DNA of 64,000 bases from Candidatus Omnitrophota bacterium (GTDB lineage Bacteria; Omnitrophota; Gorgyraeia; Aquiviventales; JACQRC01): assembly GCA_016206665.1 (NCBI GenBank), contig JACQRC010000089.1, forward strand, positions 8,393 to 72,392. The letters run 5' to 3'. The position numbers and the translations under genes were made by a program. Below are positions 44,506 through 53,666 of the stretch, one piece after another; the stretch's first letter is position 1; each line of letters begins with the position of its first letter. Below the pieces are notes generated by a model. It was not told the DNA's origin and ran no database searches. It saw only the letters and a list, made by a program, of their open reading frames with translations.

Positions 44506-45210
44506 ATGAGTGTCTTCATTGCGCGATTGTTAGGTGCTCCACCGGAAATGCTCTTGGAGCTCGGCCGTTTCTGGTCGCTGCGCTGGGGGCAACAGGACGT
44601 GCCGTCCTATGCCGTCTGGTGGCGGCTCGTCTTGAAACGGGCGGTGGATTTCACGGGTGCGCTGGTCCTGGTGGTCCTGCTGAGCCCGGCCCTGGCAGCG
44701 ATCGCCCTGGCCATTACACTCGATTCCGCCGGCCCGATCCTCTTTACCCAGGAGCGGGTGGGGCTCTTCGGCCGCGTCTTTCGCATCTATAAATTCCGCA
44801 CGATGGTGGCCAACGCCGAAGTCCTCACCGGTCCGGTGTGGGCGGCCCGCGAGGGTGATCCACGGGTCACACGTGTGGGTCGGTTCCTGCGCCGCACGCA
44901 CCTCGATGAGTTGCTGCAGCTCCTGAATGTCCTCAAGGGGGACATGAGCCTGGTTGGCCCGCGACCCGAACGGCCCTGCTTCGTCACCGGCTTGCAACGA
45001 GAGGTCGCCGGCTATGACCATCGGCTCTACGTCCGGCCAGGCATCACCGGGCTGGCCCAGATTCATTACCGCTACGACCAAACGGTCTCCGACGTGCGGA
45101 AAAAACTGCGGTTCGACCTGCTCTATGTCAAGCGGATGTGTCTGATGTTGGACGCCCGGATCCTGGTGTGGACGATGGCAGTGGTCCTGACCGGGCGAGG
45201 CATCAAGTAA
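44506..45210 (+). CDS. bacterial sugar transferase (undecaprenyl-phosphate glycosyl-1-phosphate transferase, EpsB/WbaP C-terminal-domain type)
   Basis: [47 protein letters not shown] signatures of the Bac_transf family. Confidence 0.8.
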   Translation: MSVFIARLLGAPPEMLLELGRFWSLRWGQQDVPSYAVWWRLVLKRAVDFTGALVLVVLLSPALAAIALAITLDSAGPILFTQERVGLFGRVFRIYKFRTMVANAEVLTGPVWAAREGDPRVTRVGRFLRRTHLDELLQLLNVLKGDMSLVGPRPERPCFVTGLQREVAGYDHRLYVRPGITGLAQIHYRYDQTVSDVRKKLRFDLLYVKRMCLMLDARILVWTMAVVLTGRGIK

Positions 45211-45286
45211 CGGCTTTCAGAAGAGCGTGGTGCAGCATGCTTGCGGGGCGCGTGATCGTCGCAAGCCACATCAAGGAGGCAAGGCA

Positions 45287-45970
45287 ATGAGACGATGGAT
45301 GGCAGTGCTTGGCGTCGGTCTGGCGGCGGCCGTGGCCGTAGCCTCTCCGGCGTGGGCCGTTCCGACCATTGACGGGTCGGCCACCACCTTTGCGGGTGAG
45401 TGGGATGGGTTTATCCTGCAGGCCTTCGACCCGGACGAGGTGGCCATTCCGGATGGCTACGACTTCTCGGAGCTCCGGATCATCCAGGAGGCCAGCGGCG
45501 GGGCGAGTGACGGGTTGTATGTCCTGTTCGATTTGCACGGGGTGCCCACCTTCACCTCACTGGACCCCATCTTCCCCTTCGACCCCGTCACGTACTCGAT
45601 CGGGATGGATTTCGATGGGGATGGGCTATTCACGAGCGCGGTCGACCGGAGCATCGTCTACACGTCGAGCGGGGTGCTGGTCTTCGATGGCACCGGTACA
45701 CCCATCGTCGGCGCTCCCGGTTCGGCGCTGGGATCGGTGGTCGAATTGTACATCCCGAAGAGCATGCTGGCCGGTGGGGCCTTGCCGGTGAGCGGCACGT
45801 TCGGCATGTTTGCCTCGCTGGACAATGGTGGTGCGCCGCCGGACGATTTCATTCCGGACTTCGATCTGGTGCATCCTATTCCTGAGCCTGGCAGCGCGCT
45901 GCTGTTTGGGTTCGGGCTGATGGGCGCTTTCTTACGCCGCCAGCGGCGTTACCCGTCCACGGTCGCCTAA
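45287..45970 (+). CDS. PEP-CTERM sorting-domain protein
   Basis: AGGAGG RBS, then signal peptide. C-terminal PIPEPGSALLFGFGLMGAFLRRQRR. Confidence 0.8.
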   Translation: MRRWMAVLGVGLAAAVAVASPAWAVPTIDGSATTFAGEWDGFILQAFDPDEVAIPDGYDFSELRIIQEASGGASDGLYVLFDLHGVPTFTSLDPIFPFDPVTYSIGMDFDGDGLFTSAVDRSIVYTSSGVLVFDGTGTPIVGAPGSALGSVVELYIPKSMLAGGALPVSGTFGMFASLDNGGAPPDDFIPDFDLVHPIPEPGSALLFGFGLMGAFLRRQRRYPSTVA

Positions 45971-46056
45971 CACCCATAGGGACTCCACACGGCCTCCACG
46001 CGCCGGAGGCCGCTGGGGTGGTGAGATGCATACAGCCAGTCCATTGTCTCAGACGA

Positions 46057-46086
46057 CAGCCCTCCCCAGTGGGAGGGCTGTTTGCT
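46057..46086 (+). terminator. rho-independent terminator
   Basis: GC-rich 10-bp stem cagccctccc / gggagggctg with a cagt loop, followed by TTTGCT. Confidence 0.5.
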
Positions 46087-46292
46087 AAATTGACCGATAG
46101 CAGTTGTCTTAAGTCAACAGATTGTCTTGAACCATCAGCAATTTGGTGAAAAGCCACAACACTTCTCCAGACCAGATGGTTTGCTGGGCGTCTATGCGGA
46201 GAGCATCGCACGCAGCCAGGGCGGCAGGTTCATAGAGGAGATGAATGAAAAAGTGAACGCTGGGCGGAGAAATTCCTCATTATGGCGGAAAC

Positions 46293-46311
46293 TTGGTACA
46301 GAACCTGCTTT
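46293..46311 (+). promoter_or_regulatory. sigma54 promoter TTGGTAC-N5-CTGCT upstream of the third PEP-CTERM gene
   Basis: GG at 46295-46296 and GC at 46307-46308, 10-nt gap. cTTGGTACAGAACCTGCTtt versus gTTGGCACAGAACGTGCTga at 43447: 16 of 18 identical. Confidence 0.55.
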
Positions 46312-46354
46312 AACTACAGGTCAGCATGGCTGGCCGATGGCTCAAGGAGGCCCC

Positions 46355-46687
46355 ATGAAAGAGGGCTGGATGGCGCAGGGGAAGTTGCTCGTGTTAGGAG
46401 TTACCTGCCTGTTCGCAGCGACCGGTTGCGGCAGTAGTGGCGGTGGGCTGTCTGGTTTGTTGGGCTCGGGCGGATCTTTCGCAGGCTTGTTTGACGGTGG
46501 CAATAGCGGTGGCGGTGACCAACCATCTCCCATCGTGGTCGACTCTGTGCCTAACCCCGAACCGATAGGCATCAGCCCACTCGCTACGGTGTCCAACCCT
46601 GAACCGGCGAGCGCAGCGCTCTTCGGCGGTGGCTTGGCTGGCATGGCGTGGTGGCGGCGGCGGCGAAAGGCCGGCAAGCGCGCCTGA
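46355..46687 (+). CDS. small glycine-rich PEP-CTERM protein with lipoprotein-type signal
   Basis: GGAGG RBS. LFAATGCGSS lipobox; C-terminal SNPEPASAALFGGGLAGMAWWRRRRK. Confidence 0.75.
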   Translation: MKEGWMAQGKLLVLGVTCLFAATGCGSSGGGLSGLLGSGGSFAGLFDGGNSGGGDQPSPIVVDSVPNPEPIGISPLATVSNPEPASAALFGGGLAGMAWWRRRRKAGKRA

Positions 46688-46743
46688 CGCCTCGTTAGCG
46701 TTCGTTCCGCCCGCACACAACTGAAGCAGGAGGGGGCTCGTCC

Positions 46744-48471
46744 ATGCGAACCTTGTGGCAGGCGGCACAACAGACCGTCAAACTGCTCGGCCCACACCGC
46801 AAACTGTGGCTGCCGTTTCTCTTGGTAGCCATGGTCGAAGTGGGCGGTCTGTTGCTGCTCTGGCTGGCCCCCCAACCTCCCTTTACCCGCCTGCTCGCCC
46901 CGCCCATCCGTTTCTTCTTCGGTGACCGCATCCTCCATTACCCCTGGCATCTGTGGTTCCTCTACCATGCCATGAAACACACCCATATGGCCGCCTCGCT
47001 CCTGGTCGGTGCCTTCATGACCGGCATCGCCTGCGTCATGGTAGGGCAGTCGCATGCCGATCAGCCGTTGTCGCTGCGCGCCGCCCTGGCGAGCCGGCAG
47101 GTGCGCTACGGGACGGTCGTGCTGCTGTGGCTGCTCCTCTGGGGCATGGGGCGCGGCGCAATGACGGCGGTGACGCGGTACGCGCCGTCGAGCCAGTGGG
47201 CGCTGTGGTTGGGCGTGGGGCTGACGGTGCTGATCCAGACCCTATTCATCTACGCCATTCCCGCCGCGGTCTATGACCGCGTGAACTGGTGGCGGGCCCT
47301 GGGACGGAGCGTCCGGGAAACATGCCGCGATCCCCTGGCGGCCCTCGTCGTGGTCGGCGTGCCAAGCGCGGCCATGATCGGCTTCATCAGTTTTGCCCCG
47401 CCCGCCCGCGTCTCCCAGTGGATGTTGCAGACGGCGCCGGAGGTGGCGATTCCGCTCATTGCGGCACGGCTGCTCGTGTGGCTCGTCGCGGATGTCGTGG
47501 CCACGGTCGGTGCGGCCCATCTCTGGTGGATCCATCGGGCGGCACAGCAGCCGGCGGCCGCCGCGGTCCGGACCGTCGGCCGGCTCACGCGCCCCGCACC
47601 CATCGTCCCGCCCATCGCGGCGCTGCCGCTGATACTGACGCTGCTGACCGCGAACGGCTGCAGCGCTACCTACAACGGCGAGCGGTTGTTTTGGAAGGCG
47701 CAGCAGTTCAGCGCCCCCATCGGCAAGGATCCCAGCAAGGCCACCGCTGCGCAATTCGCGCAAGCCGTGACACTCCATGAAGCCGTCATCCGCGCGGCCC
47801 AGGGAACCAGCTGGGCGGCGCGGGCCCAGTTTGCCATCGGCTCGCTCCAGGCGCTGCAACAACATTATCCCCAGGCGCGGGAGGCGTACGCACTGGTCGT
47901 GCAGAATTACCCCCAGCATCCCGATTACGCGTTGAGCGCGCGGCTCGCAGCCGCCAGGACCTACGAGGCGGAGCAGTTGTGGGAGGAGGCGGCCAAGATG
48001 TATTACGAACTGGCCGACTACCATCCGTGGAGCCGGGTGGGGCTTGAGGCTCTCATCTACGTCGCGGCCCACTATGAGCGCGACGGCAAGCGCGAGCAGG
48101 CCGAGCACATCTACGAACGGGCCGTGCGCCACTACCTCAAGCGGCTCGCCGAAGCGCCCAGCCGCGAATTGGCCTCCCAAATTCGTGTCTACCTCTCCAT
48201 GGCGTACCAACGGTTGGAGAAGTGGGAGGAGGCAGCCAAGACTCTGGAAGAATTGGCCCAACAGTCCGTGGGTATTAACCGACCGCTCGTGCTCCTGACC
48301 CTGGCGTCGCTCTATCAGACAAAGATCCATCATCCACAACAGGCGGCGGGCATCTACCTGAAACTGAGCGAAGAGTTTCCGGACCATCCCTTAGCCCAGA
48401 CCGCCAAGACGCAACTCGAACGTCTGGATGCACCGGCGGCGCCGACCGCCGCACCAGCCCGCGCCCAGTGA
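46744..48471 (+). CDS. polytopic membrane domain fused to a C-terminal TPR-repeat domain (exosortase-locus accessory protein)
   Basis: ~8 predicted TMs in the first ~290 aa. An internal lipobox-like LTANGCS is followed by TPR-like repeats (AREAYALVVQNYPQHPDYALSARLAAARTYEAEQ..). Stop overlaps the exosortase start. Confidence 0.5.
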   Translation: MRTLWQAAQQTVKLLGPHRKLWLPFLLVAMVEVGGLLLLWLAPQPPFTRLLAPPIRFFFGDRILHYPWHLWFLYHAMKHTHMAASLLVGAFMTGIACVMVGQSHADQPLSLRAALASRQVRYGTVVLLWLLLWGMGRGAMTAVTRYAPSSQWALWLGVGLTVLIQTLFIYAIPAAVYDRVNWWRALGRSVRETCRDPLAALVVVGVPSAAMIGFISFAPPARVSQWMLQTAPEVAIPLIAARLLVWLVADVVATVGAAHLWWIHRAAQQPAAAAVRTVGRLTRPAPIVPPIAALPLILTLLTANGCSATYNGERLFWKAQQFSAPIGKDPSKATAAQFAQAVTLHEAVIRAAQGTSWAARAQFAIGSLQALQQHYPQAREAYALVVQNYPQHPDYALSARLAAARTYEAEQLWEEAAKMYYELADYHPWSRVGLEALIYVAAHYERDGKREQAEHIYERAVRHYLKRLAEAPSRELASQIRVYLSMAYQRLEKWEEAAKTLEELAQQSVGINRPLVLLTLASLYQTKIHHPQQAAGIYLKLSEEFPDHPLAQTAKTQLERLDAPAAPTAAPARAQ

Positions 48472-49331
48472 TGCCCACCCTGCGCCGTCCGCTTCCACGA
48501 GCCCTCCTGCGTGGACTACCGTTTCTGCTGCTGTGGCTGCCCCTCTTCTGGCCCACGTGGCGCTGGATGGCGGAGCGCTTTGCCGCGCACGATTCGTTCT
48601 ATTCTCACGGCTGGTTGGTGCCTCTGGCCAGCGCGTGGCTCGTCTGGCAGCGTCGGCAGATCCTGCAGCGCCTGCCGCAAAGACCGAGCGCAGCCGGCTT
48701 GGGATTGTTAATCCCGGCGCTGGCCATCCATGTGCTGGCCAGCTGGTGGCAGGTGGGCTTCGCATCGGGGTTGGCGATGGTGGCGGCGCTCTGGGGCCTG
48801 GTCTGGACGCTGTGGGGCGGACGGGTCATATGGGCGCTGCGGTTTCCCCTGCTCTTTTTACTGTTCATGGTGCCCCTGCCAGGCGTCCTGCTCATCGCGA
48901 CCAGCTTCAGAATGAAACTCGTCGCAGCCACGCTGGCGACGCACGCCCTGCGTCTGCTGGGATTATCTGCGGTCCAGGCCGGCTCGACGATTCACCTGCC
49001 GGGCGTCTCGGTCATCGTCGATGACACCTGCAGCGGCCTGCGTTCCCTCATCAGCCTTGGCGCGCTGGCGATCCTCTGGACATCGTGGATGCCGGCGAAG
49101 TCGCGGACCTGGCAGAAGGTTGCGGTCTGCGCCGCCTCGATGCCGATCGCTCTCGTGGCGAATATGGTCCGGATCCTCGTCCTCGTGCTGCTGGCGGCCA
49201 TCTATGGACCCGAGGCGGCGGAGGGCTTTATCCACTACGGCTCCGGCATCGTTGTCTTTGGTCTCTCGGTCATCCTCCTCATGTGGTTGAGCCGGCGGCT
49301 GGCGCCGTCATCCTATGCCGTCACCGGCTAA
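48468..49331 (+). CDS. exosortase (XrtA/EpsH family transpeptidase)
   Basis: 8-TM protein with the conserved exosortase Cys (DDTCSGLRSL) and Arg (NMVRI) motifs. Confidence 0.8.
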   Translation: MMPTLRRPLPRALLRGLPFLLLWLPLFWPTWRWMAERFAAHDSFYSHGWLVPLASAWLVWQRRQILQRLPQRPSAAGLGLLIPALAIHVLASWWQVGFASGLAMVAALWGLVWTLWGGRVIWALRFPLLFLLFMVPLPGVLLIATSFRMKLVAATLATHALRLLGLSAVQAGSTIHLPGVSVIVDDTCSGLRSLISLGALAILWTSWMPAKSRTWQKVAVCAASMPIALVANMVRILVLVLLAAIYGPEAAEGFIHYGSGIVVFGLSVILLMWLSRRLAPSSYAVTG

Positions 49332-49341
49332 GGGGGCAGCG

Positions 49342-49959
49342 ATGGTCAGCTGGCACACCCGGCTCAGGCAGCCACCGAGCGTGGCGTGGCTGTGCCTCGG
49401 GCTCGCTACATGGCTGGTGTGGGCCAGGCCGATGACGACCCACAGCACCGGCCGGGCCACTCCGGTGCCAGCCACCATTGGTGCGTGGGTGGGCATCTCG
49501 ATACCGGCGGACCAGCGCGTCATCGAGATCCTGGAAACGGATGACGTCGACCTCCTGGAGTACCGCCATGGTGCCGAGGCACCGGTGTGGCTCGCGCGGG
49601 TGGCAGGCTTCGGGAATCGGGCGGCGTTCCATCCGCCGGAGCTCTGTTATATCGGCAGCCATTACGAGGTGCTGGAGCGCGGGACGATGACGGTGCGGGT
49701 TGGGGGAGCGCCCCGTCGGCTGATGCGGCTGGTGCTCGGCCAGGACCACAAGCGGTTTGAGGCGTGGTACTGGTTTACCGCCAACGGTCGCGTCACCGAG
49801 AATTACTATCGGCAGCAGCTCTGGCTGCTCCTCGATGCCATGCGCGGCCGGCCGCTCGCCGGCACCCTCGTGCGGATTTCCACGCCACTCGACGATGCCG
49901 GACGCAGCCGGGAGCGATTGCTGACCTTCGCCCAGGCGCTGGCCGCCCCCGCACCCTGA
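49342..49959 (+). CDS. EpsI-family exosortase-associated protein
   Basis: Small N-terminally anchored protein immediately downstream of the exosortase, with the typical architecture. GGGGG RBS before ATG 49342; an alternative start lies at 49315. Confidence 0.5.
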   Translation: MVSWHTRLRQPPSVAWLCLGLATWLVWARPMTTHSTGRATPVPATIGAWVGISIPADQRVIEILETDDVDLLEYRHGAEAPVWLARVAGFGNRAAFHPPELCYIGSHYEVLERGTMTVRVGGAPRRLMRLVLGQDHKRFEAWYWFTANGRVTENYYRQQLWLLLDAMRGRPLAGTLVRISTPLDDAGRSRERLLTFAQALAAPAP

Positions 49960-49997
49960 CATGAGCAGCGCAAAGTTGTTACCAGCCAAATTTCCGC

Positions 49998-50026
49998 TTG
50001 ACACCCCTCCAGAGGCATTGTATGGT
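49998..50026 (+). promoter_or_regulatory. sigma70 promoter TTGACA-N17-TATGGT upstream of the sensor kinase
   Basis: Perfect -35 at 49998-50003, 17-nt spacer, then the -10 at 50021-50026. Confidence 0.5.
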
Positions 50027-50098
50027 GGTACTCCCTTTTCTTACCGTCCTATCATACCGCGTCGTTCACGAGCACCAGTCGTCCGTCATCGGCAGCCC

Positions 50099-51178
50099 AT
50101 GGAGCGCAACGGCATCGAATCCTGGGAGTCGTGTTTACAGGTATTGCCCTGCGGAGCCCTGGTGGTCGACCAGAACGGCATCGTCGAGGCGGCCAACCCC
50201 GCCGCGCTGACCATGCTCTCGGTCGACGCTGGCCGGCTGCTGCACCAGCCGCTCCTCACGGCCATCCCAGCCTGGCGGACGACACCGCTCGCCGAGCAGT
50301 GGTCCGACGGGATCGCGCCGCACACCGCCAACGGCGCCGTCGAACAGATCGAGGTACAGGTCCCCCAAGACCGGTGGGTGCAGGTGTGCGTCAGCCGGAT
50401 CCCGAACGGCACCCCACCGCAGCGACTCCTGCTCGTGCTCACCGACATCACCGACCTCGTCAAACTCCGTCAGCGGCTGCGATGGACGGAATACCAGGCC
50501 TCCATCGGCAAACTCGCCCGCGGCATTGCCCACGAACTCAACAATCCCCTCGATGGGGTGCTGCGGTACACCCACCTCTCGCTCGAGCAGTTGCGGGAGG
50601 ACGAACCGGTCCGGGAATATCTGGTCCATATCAAAGAAGGGCTGGACCGGATGGTGCGGGCGGTGCGGGCCTTCCTCGAGTTTGCCCGCCAGGCCACGAG
50701 TCCCATCAGCCGGGCCGTCAACCTCAACCGCCTCATTGACGATGCCCTCCTGCTCGTCCAGCATCGGGCCAAGTTCCTGCAGATTCGGGTGATGAAACAG
50801 TTGGACGAACAGCTGCCCGAGGTACCCGACGGCGGATTGCAGCACGCGCTCGTCAACCTCATCAAGAATGCCTTTGATGCCATGCCGCGGGGAGGCACGC
50901 TGACCGTCGCGACCCGCCAGGCCGACGGGGTCGTGGAGGTCGAGGTGGCCGATACCGGCTGCGGCATTGCGGAGGAGGTGCGTCCCCGTCTGTTTGAACC
51001 GTTCTTTTCCACCAAACCGATTCATCAGGGCAACGGCCTCGGTCTCATCATCGCCAAGGAATCTGTGGAGCGGTCCGGCGGCACGCTGAGCTTCACGAGC
51101 CGGGTCGGCATCGGCACGACCTTCACGGTGCGCATTCCACTCGCTGCGCAGGAGATCTACCCGAATGGAACCCCGTAG
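50099..51178 (+). CDS. cytoplasmic PAS-domain sensor histidine kinase
   Basis: H-box LARGIAHELNNPL, then N, G1 (DTGCGI) and G2 (GNGLGL) boxes. No TM. An upstream extension to 49961 is possible but runs over the promoter. Confidence 0.75.
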   Translation: MERNGIESWESCLQVLPCGALVVDQNGIVEAANPAALTMLSVDAGRLLHQPLLTAIPAWRTTPLAEQWSDGIAPHTANGAVEQIEVQVPQDRWVQVCVSRIPNGTPPQRLLLVLTDITDLVKLRQRLRWTEYQASIGKLARGIAHELNNPLDGVLRYTHLSLEQLREDEPVREYLVHIKEGLDRMVRAVRAFLEFARQATSPISRAVNLNRLIDDALLLVQHRAKFLQIRVMKQLDEQLPEVPDGGLQHALVNLIKNAFDAMPRGGTLTVATRQADGVVEVEVADTGCGIAEEVRPRLFEPFFSTKPIHQGNGLGLIIAKESVERSGGTLSFTSRVGIGTTFTVRIPLAAQEIYPNGTP

Positions 51179-52556
51179 CCGGATATTGATGGTCGATGAC
51201 GATCCCTTGATCCGGGGGTCCCTCTATGAGCTGTTGCGGCGCCGCCACTTCGACGTCGAGACGGCCGCCGACGGGACCGAGGCCTTAGAGCGCCTCAAGC
51301 AGAAATCCTTCCGGTTGGTGATCACCGACCTGCGGATGCCGGCCATCGATGGGATGAGCCTCCTGGCGCACATCCGCAGCGAATATCCCGACGTGAGCGT
51401 CGTCCTCATCACCGGTTTTGGGACGATCGCGTCGGCTGTGGAGGCGATCCGGCAGGGGGCCTTCGATTATTTAACCAAGCCGGTCCAACCCGAGGAGCTC
51501 GAGGCCACCATTCAGCGCGCCATCGACGCGCCCGGCTCATCCACCGATGAGGATCCGTTCAGCGGCGTCATCGGTCAGCATCCGAGCATCCAGGCGATCT
51601 GTGAGGTGGTGCGGTCGCTCGCCATCAGTCCGGCGACCGTGCTGTTGGAAGGGGAGAGCGGTACGGGCAAGCGGGTCATCGCGTACGCCATTCACCGCGC
51701 CGACCCCAAGCGCAAAACGCAACCGTTCATTGAGGTGAGTTGCGGGGCGTTGCCGGAGACCCTGTTGGAGAGCGAGCTGTTTGGGCATGTGCGCGGGGCC
51801 TTTACCGGGGCGATCCGCGACAAGCAAGGGCGGTTTGAGCTGGCCGGCGGCGGGACCATCCTGCTCGACGAAATCGATACCCTGTCGCCCGCGCTGCAGG
51901 TGAAGCTCCTGCGGGTCCTGCAGGAGCGGGTCTTTGAGCGGGTGGGGGACACGCGTACGCTCAAGGTGGATGTGCGAGTGATTGCCGCGACCAACCGTCC
52001 CCTGGCGGAGTTGGTGCGGGAGGGCAAGTTTCGTGAAGACCTCTACTACCGTGTCAACGTCATTGCGCTGCGCCTGCCCGCGTTGCGCGAGCGGCAGAGC
52101 GACTTGCCGCTGCTCATCGACCACTTCATCAAGCGCAGCGCGCACGCGATGAGCAAGACGATTACCGGCATCGATGAGGCGGCGCTGGCGGTCCTGCTGC
52201 GCTACCCCTGGCCGGGGAATATCCGGGAACTCGAGAACGTGGTCGAGCGCGCGGTGGTGCTGTCGCGCCGGACACGTTTGGGGGTGGAGGACCTGCCGGA
52301 CCCCGTGCGGGCCTCCGCCGCCACCACCACAGCATCGGCAGAGCCGGGGTCTCCCGCGCCGACCGCGGCGTCGGAGACCGGTCAGCCCACAGAGCTGAAG
52401 GCGGCGCTCAAGATACCGGAGCGCGAACTCATTTTGAAGGTCCTGGCGGAGGTGCGCTGGAACCGGTCGGAAGCCGCGCAGCGGTTAGGCATCCACCGTT
52501 CGACCCTCTACCACAAGATGCGCCAACTGGATATTGACACGTCGTTATCATCGTAG
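51165..52556 (+). CDS. sigma54-dependent response regulator (NtrC family; REC, AAA+, Fis-HTH)
   Basis: REC Asp (LVITDLRMP), Walker A GESGTGKR and the sigma54-interaction GAFTGA motif. ESELFGH motif. C-terminal HTH (RSEAAQRLGIHRSTLYHKM). Confidence 0.85.
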   Translation: MEPRSRILMVDDDPLIRGSLYELLRRRHFDVETAADGTEALERLKQKSFRLVITDLRMPAIDGMSLLAHIRSEYPDVSVVLITGFGTIASAVEAIRQGAFDYLTKPVQPEELEATIQRAIDAPGSSTDEDPFSGVIGQHPSIQAICEVVRSLAISPATVLLEGESGTGKRVIAYAIHRADPKRKTQPFIEVSCGALPETLLESELFGHVRGAFTGAIRDKQGRFELAGGGTILLDEIDTLSPALQVKLLRVLQERVFERVGDTRTLKVDVRVIAATNRPLAELVREGKFREDLYYRVNVIALRLPALRERQSDLPLLIDHFIKRSAHAMSKTITGIDEAALAVLLRYPWPGNIRELENVVERAVVLSRRTRLGVEDLPDPVRASAATTTASAEPGSPAPTAASETGQPTELKAALKIPERELILKVLAEVRWNRSEAAQRLGIHRSTLYHKMRQLDIDTSLSS

Positions 52557-52589
52557 CGCGCGTGCGCACGCGCCTCTACTGCACATCTC

Positions 52590-53666
52590 ATGCCTCATCC
52601 TGAGATCCTTATGGGCAGTTCTGACACCGACGGGCGACCGCAACTCTTAGCCTTGGTCGAGGCGGCCCGCTGGCAGCGGCTGCAGGGCCACTTTGCCAAC
52701 GTGTTAGGCGTGGGGCTGCGCACCGTCAATCCCTCCCGCGAGTTGCTCGTTGAGCCCAGCTGGCCCACCCCGCTACAGGACGCGACGGCACTCCACCTGC
52801 TCCAGGTCGGCGAGGAAGTGGAGCGGCTCGTCTCCGGCGCGGAGCCGCCGCGCGATCCACTGACCATCACGACCCCGCTGGGGCTGTCCTACACCGCCGT
52901 GCCCATCCGGGTCATTCCCGAGCAGATGCTCGCGTACTGGATCATCGGACCGGCGATGGTGGGCGCGCGCCCCACCGCCGCGGAGTTGGCCGAGCGCGCG
53001 GCCAGCCTCAACCTCGACGCCCACCGCCTCTGGCCGCTCCTGCTGACCCTCAAGCCATACACCTTTGCGGGATTCCAATCCGTCATCCACCTGATCGGCG
53101 AAGTGAGCGATTCGTTGGTGCAGCTCGCCTACCAGGCCAAGTGGCTGCCGACCGTCTTGCCGACGACGAGCCGCGTGAATCAAGCGATCCTCGCCTATTA
53201 CGTCGAGCGGATTTTTCATTCCCTGTTAGGGGCCGCCACCCTGGCGACGCAGGCCGAGGGCGGGTCCGTGATGGCGTACGATCAGGCGCGGGACGGCTTT
53301 CGCATCAGCGTCGCCCAGGGCCTGCCCGAGGAGATCATCAAGTCGACCCTGGTGAAACGGGGGCAGGGTATTGCGGGGTTGGTGGCGCAAGGGCAGAGGA
53401 TGGTCATCATCGATGAGGAGCACGCCGATCCGCAGGTGCGCCCGCGGATGCACCGGCACGACCTGGTGTCTTCCTTGGTGGCTCCGGTGGTCCCCGAGGC
53501 CTCCACGACGCCCGTGGCGGTCTTGAGCCTGCGCACCGCCAACCGGGCGCGGCCGTTCACCCGCACCGATCTCGACGTGGTCCAGCACCTGTTAGCGCTG
53601 ACGGGGATGGCGTTGGGGAATGTGGGACCGATCTTTACCCGAGCGCCGTCGGCGTCGGGTTCGTGA
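52590..53666 (+). CDS. GAF-domain sensory protein
   Basis: C-terminal GAF-like fold (GIAGLVAQGQRMVIIDE..). Its 3' end overlaps the convergent rpoN 3' end. Confidence 0.45.
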   Translation: MPHPEILMGSSDTDGRPQLLALVEAARWQRLQGHFANVLGVGLRTVNPSRELLVEPSWPTPLQDATALHLLQVGEEVERLVSGAEPPRDPLTITTPLGLSYTAVPIRVIPEQMLAYWIIGPAMVGARPTAAELAERAASLNLDAHRLWPLLLTLKPYTFAGFQSVIHLIGEVSDSLVQLAYQAKWLPTVLPTTSRVNQAILAYYVERIFHSLLGAATLATQAEGGSVMAYDQARDGFRISVAQGLPEEIIKSTLVKRGQGIAGLVAQGQRMVIIDEEHADPQVRPRMHRHDLVSSLVAPVVPEASTTPVAVLSLRTANRARPFTRTDLDVVQHLLALTGMALGNVGPIFTRAPSASGS

